A stretch of 61,855 bases of DNA, counting the filler, from Basidiobolus ranarum (taxonomy: Eukaryota): NCBI GenBank assembly GCA_040143965.1. It is 14 parts of 14 records of this genome, joined end to end, with 100 filler letters (N's around TTAATTAATTAA, not from the genome) between each part and the next. Parts side by side here need not be neighbours in the genome. Positions count along the whole stretch, not along the records: positions 57,543 to 61,855 come from JASJQH010008892.1; 13 more parts are not named here. One strand, given 5' to 3'. Each line of letters opens with the position of its first letter. Positions within the stretch are counted from its first letter, which is position 1. Below, in pieces: positions 61,128 through 61,855 of the stretch. The translations under genes and the position numbers were made by a program. The notes below the pieces were generated by a model. It was not told where the DNA came from, did no database searches, and was given only the letters and a program-made list of their open reading frames with translations.

Positions 61128-61855
61128 AGTTGCTTTTGGTGGTCGTTCAGTACCTGAATGCCTGAGCTTTTATACAGTTTCTCAAGTCTTGTTATGCCAG
61201 TTGCGGAGTATCATTTTCACCCTAAAATAGAGTACAGGAGTTAGTCATTCTGTCATCCAATCATTCCAATGCACGAATTCTAAATTTAACTTGCTTGGTA
61301 ATATGGTTACTTTAATGGAGTGCCACCATGTACCGATACCATTATGGATACAATCGTGCTGCTTTTCTATTTATTTGCTATTTGATGGTTAATTACTCCA
61401 CATTCTATTGGTATGGTAAGAACTCGAAAAGCTGAATCTTTGTTAGCCGCCAGGTGAAATAAGCTCTCATAATTGGTATGCAATGAATGCGATGACAACT
61501 TGGAGTTGTACTACATAGATGCGCAAGTGCTGTCAACACTTTCTCGTAGTCTTGATGGAACATCAACATGTCACTATTTGAATATAGCCATTACAAACCA
61601 ATGAGTACATGTTGCTGAATCAATAAGCTATTTCTCAAGGTCATATATAGATTAATATTTAGTTATTCCATATTTCACCAACATACTCACTAGTCCCAAT
61701 TGGATTTTACTTATAAGATCTTGATAACTTATTTTTTATTGTGATAATGTTTGTTGTGGGTAAATACGATGCCGTCCATAATGTGTTCGTATTTTTTAAA
61801 CATGGATAAGGTTGGGAAGACGGTCATGGGTAGGTAGGGTTTAGATTCGAAGAGG

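Overview
This window is not one locus. It is 14 unlinked contigs of about 4.3 kb (4336, 4333, 4330, 4330, 4329, 4327, 4326, 4326, 4324, 4324, 4321, 4320, 4316, 4313 bp, in descending size) joined by an artificial 100-nt spacer N44-TTAATTAATTAA-N44, so adjacency across spacers means nothing. The DNA is AT-rich and eukaryotic with short GT-AG introns. Gene content suggests an early-diverging fungus, possibly Basidiobolus-like (inference only). Recognisable genes are a 4-exon 1-Cys peroxiredoxin, the 5' part of a CNT nucleoside transporter, an intronless NRPS fragment (A end-T-E-C-A), a UBE3A/HECTD2-like HECT ligase, an intronless nitrilase-family hydrolase and a probable subtilisin relic. About half the sequence is decayed, CpG-depleted transposon DNA: two Ty1/copia LTR families (one with a half-tRNA-type PBS, and a solo LTR with a perfect 5-bp TSD), a chromodomain Ty3/gypsy relic, and a CCCTAACA-ended CACTA/EnSpm-like family. 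The most novel items are (1) a tandem array of secreted Kex2-type precursors in which acidic pro-regions ending [TS][PH]EE[ST][QE][FL][RH]R precede an amphipathic cationic peptide and a Gly/Arg/Phe peptide with an Asp/Cys tail; (2) three secreted 6-Cys CBM19-like proteins with expanding His/Asp/Trp tails; and (3) an intronless secreted protein that resembles an uncharacterised actinobacterial family.
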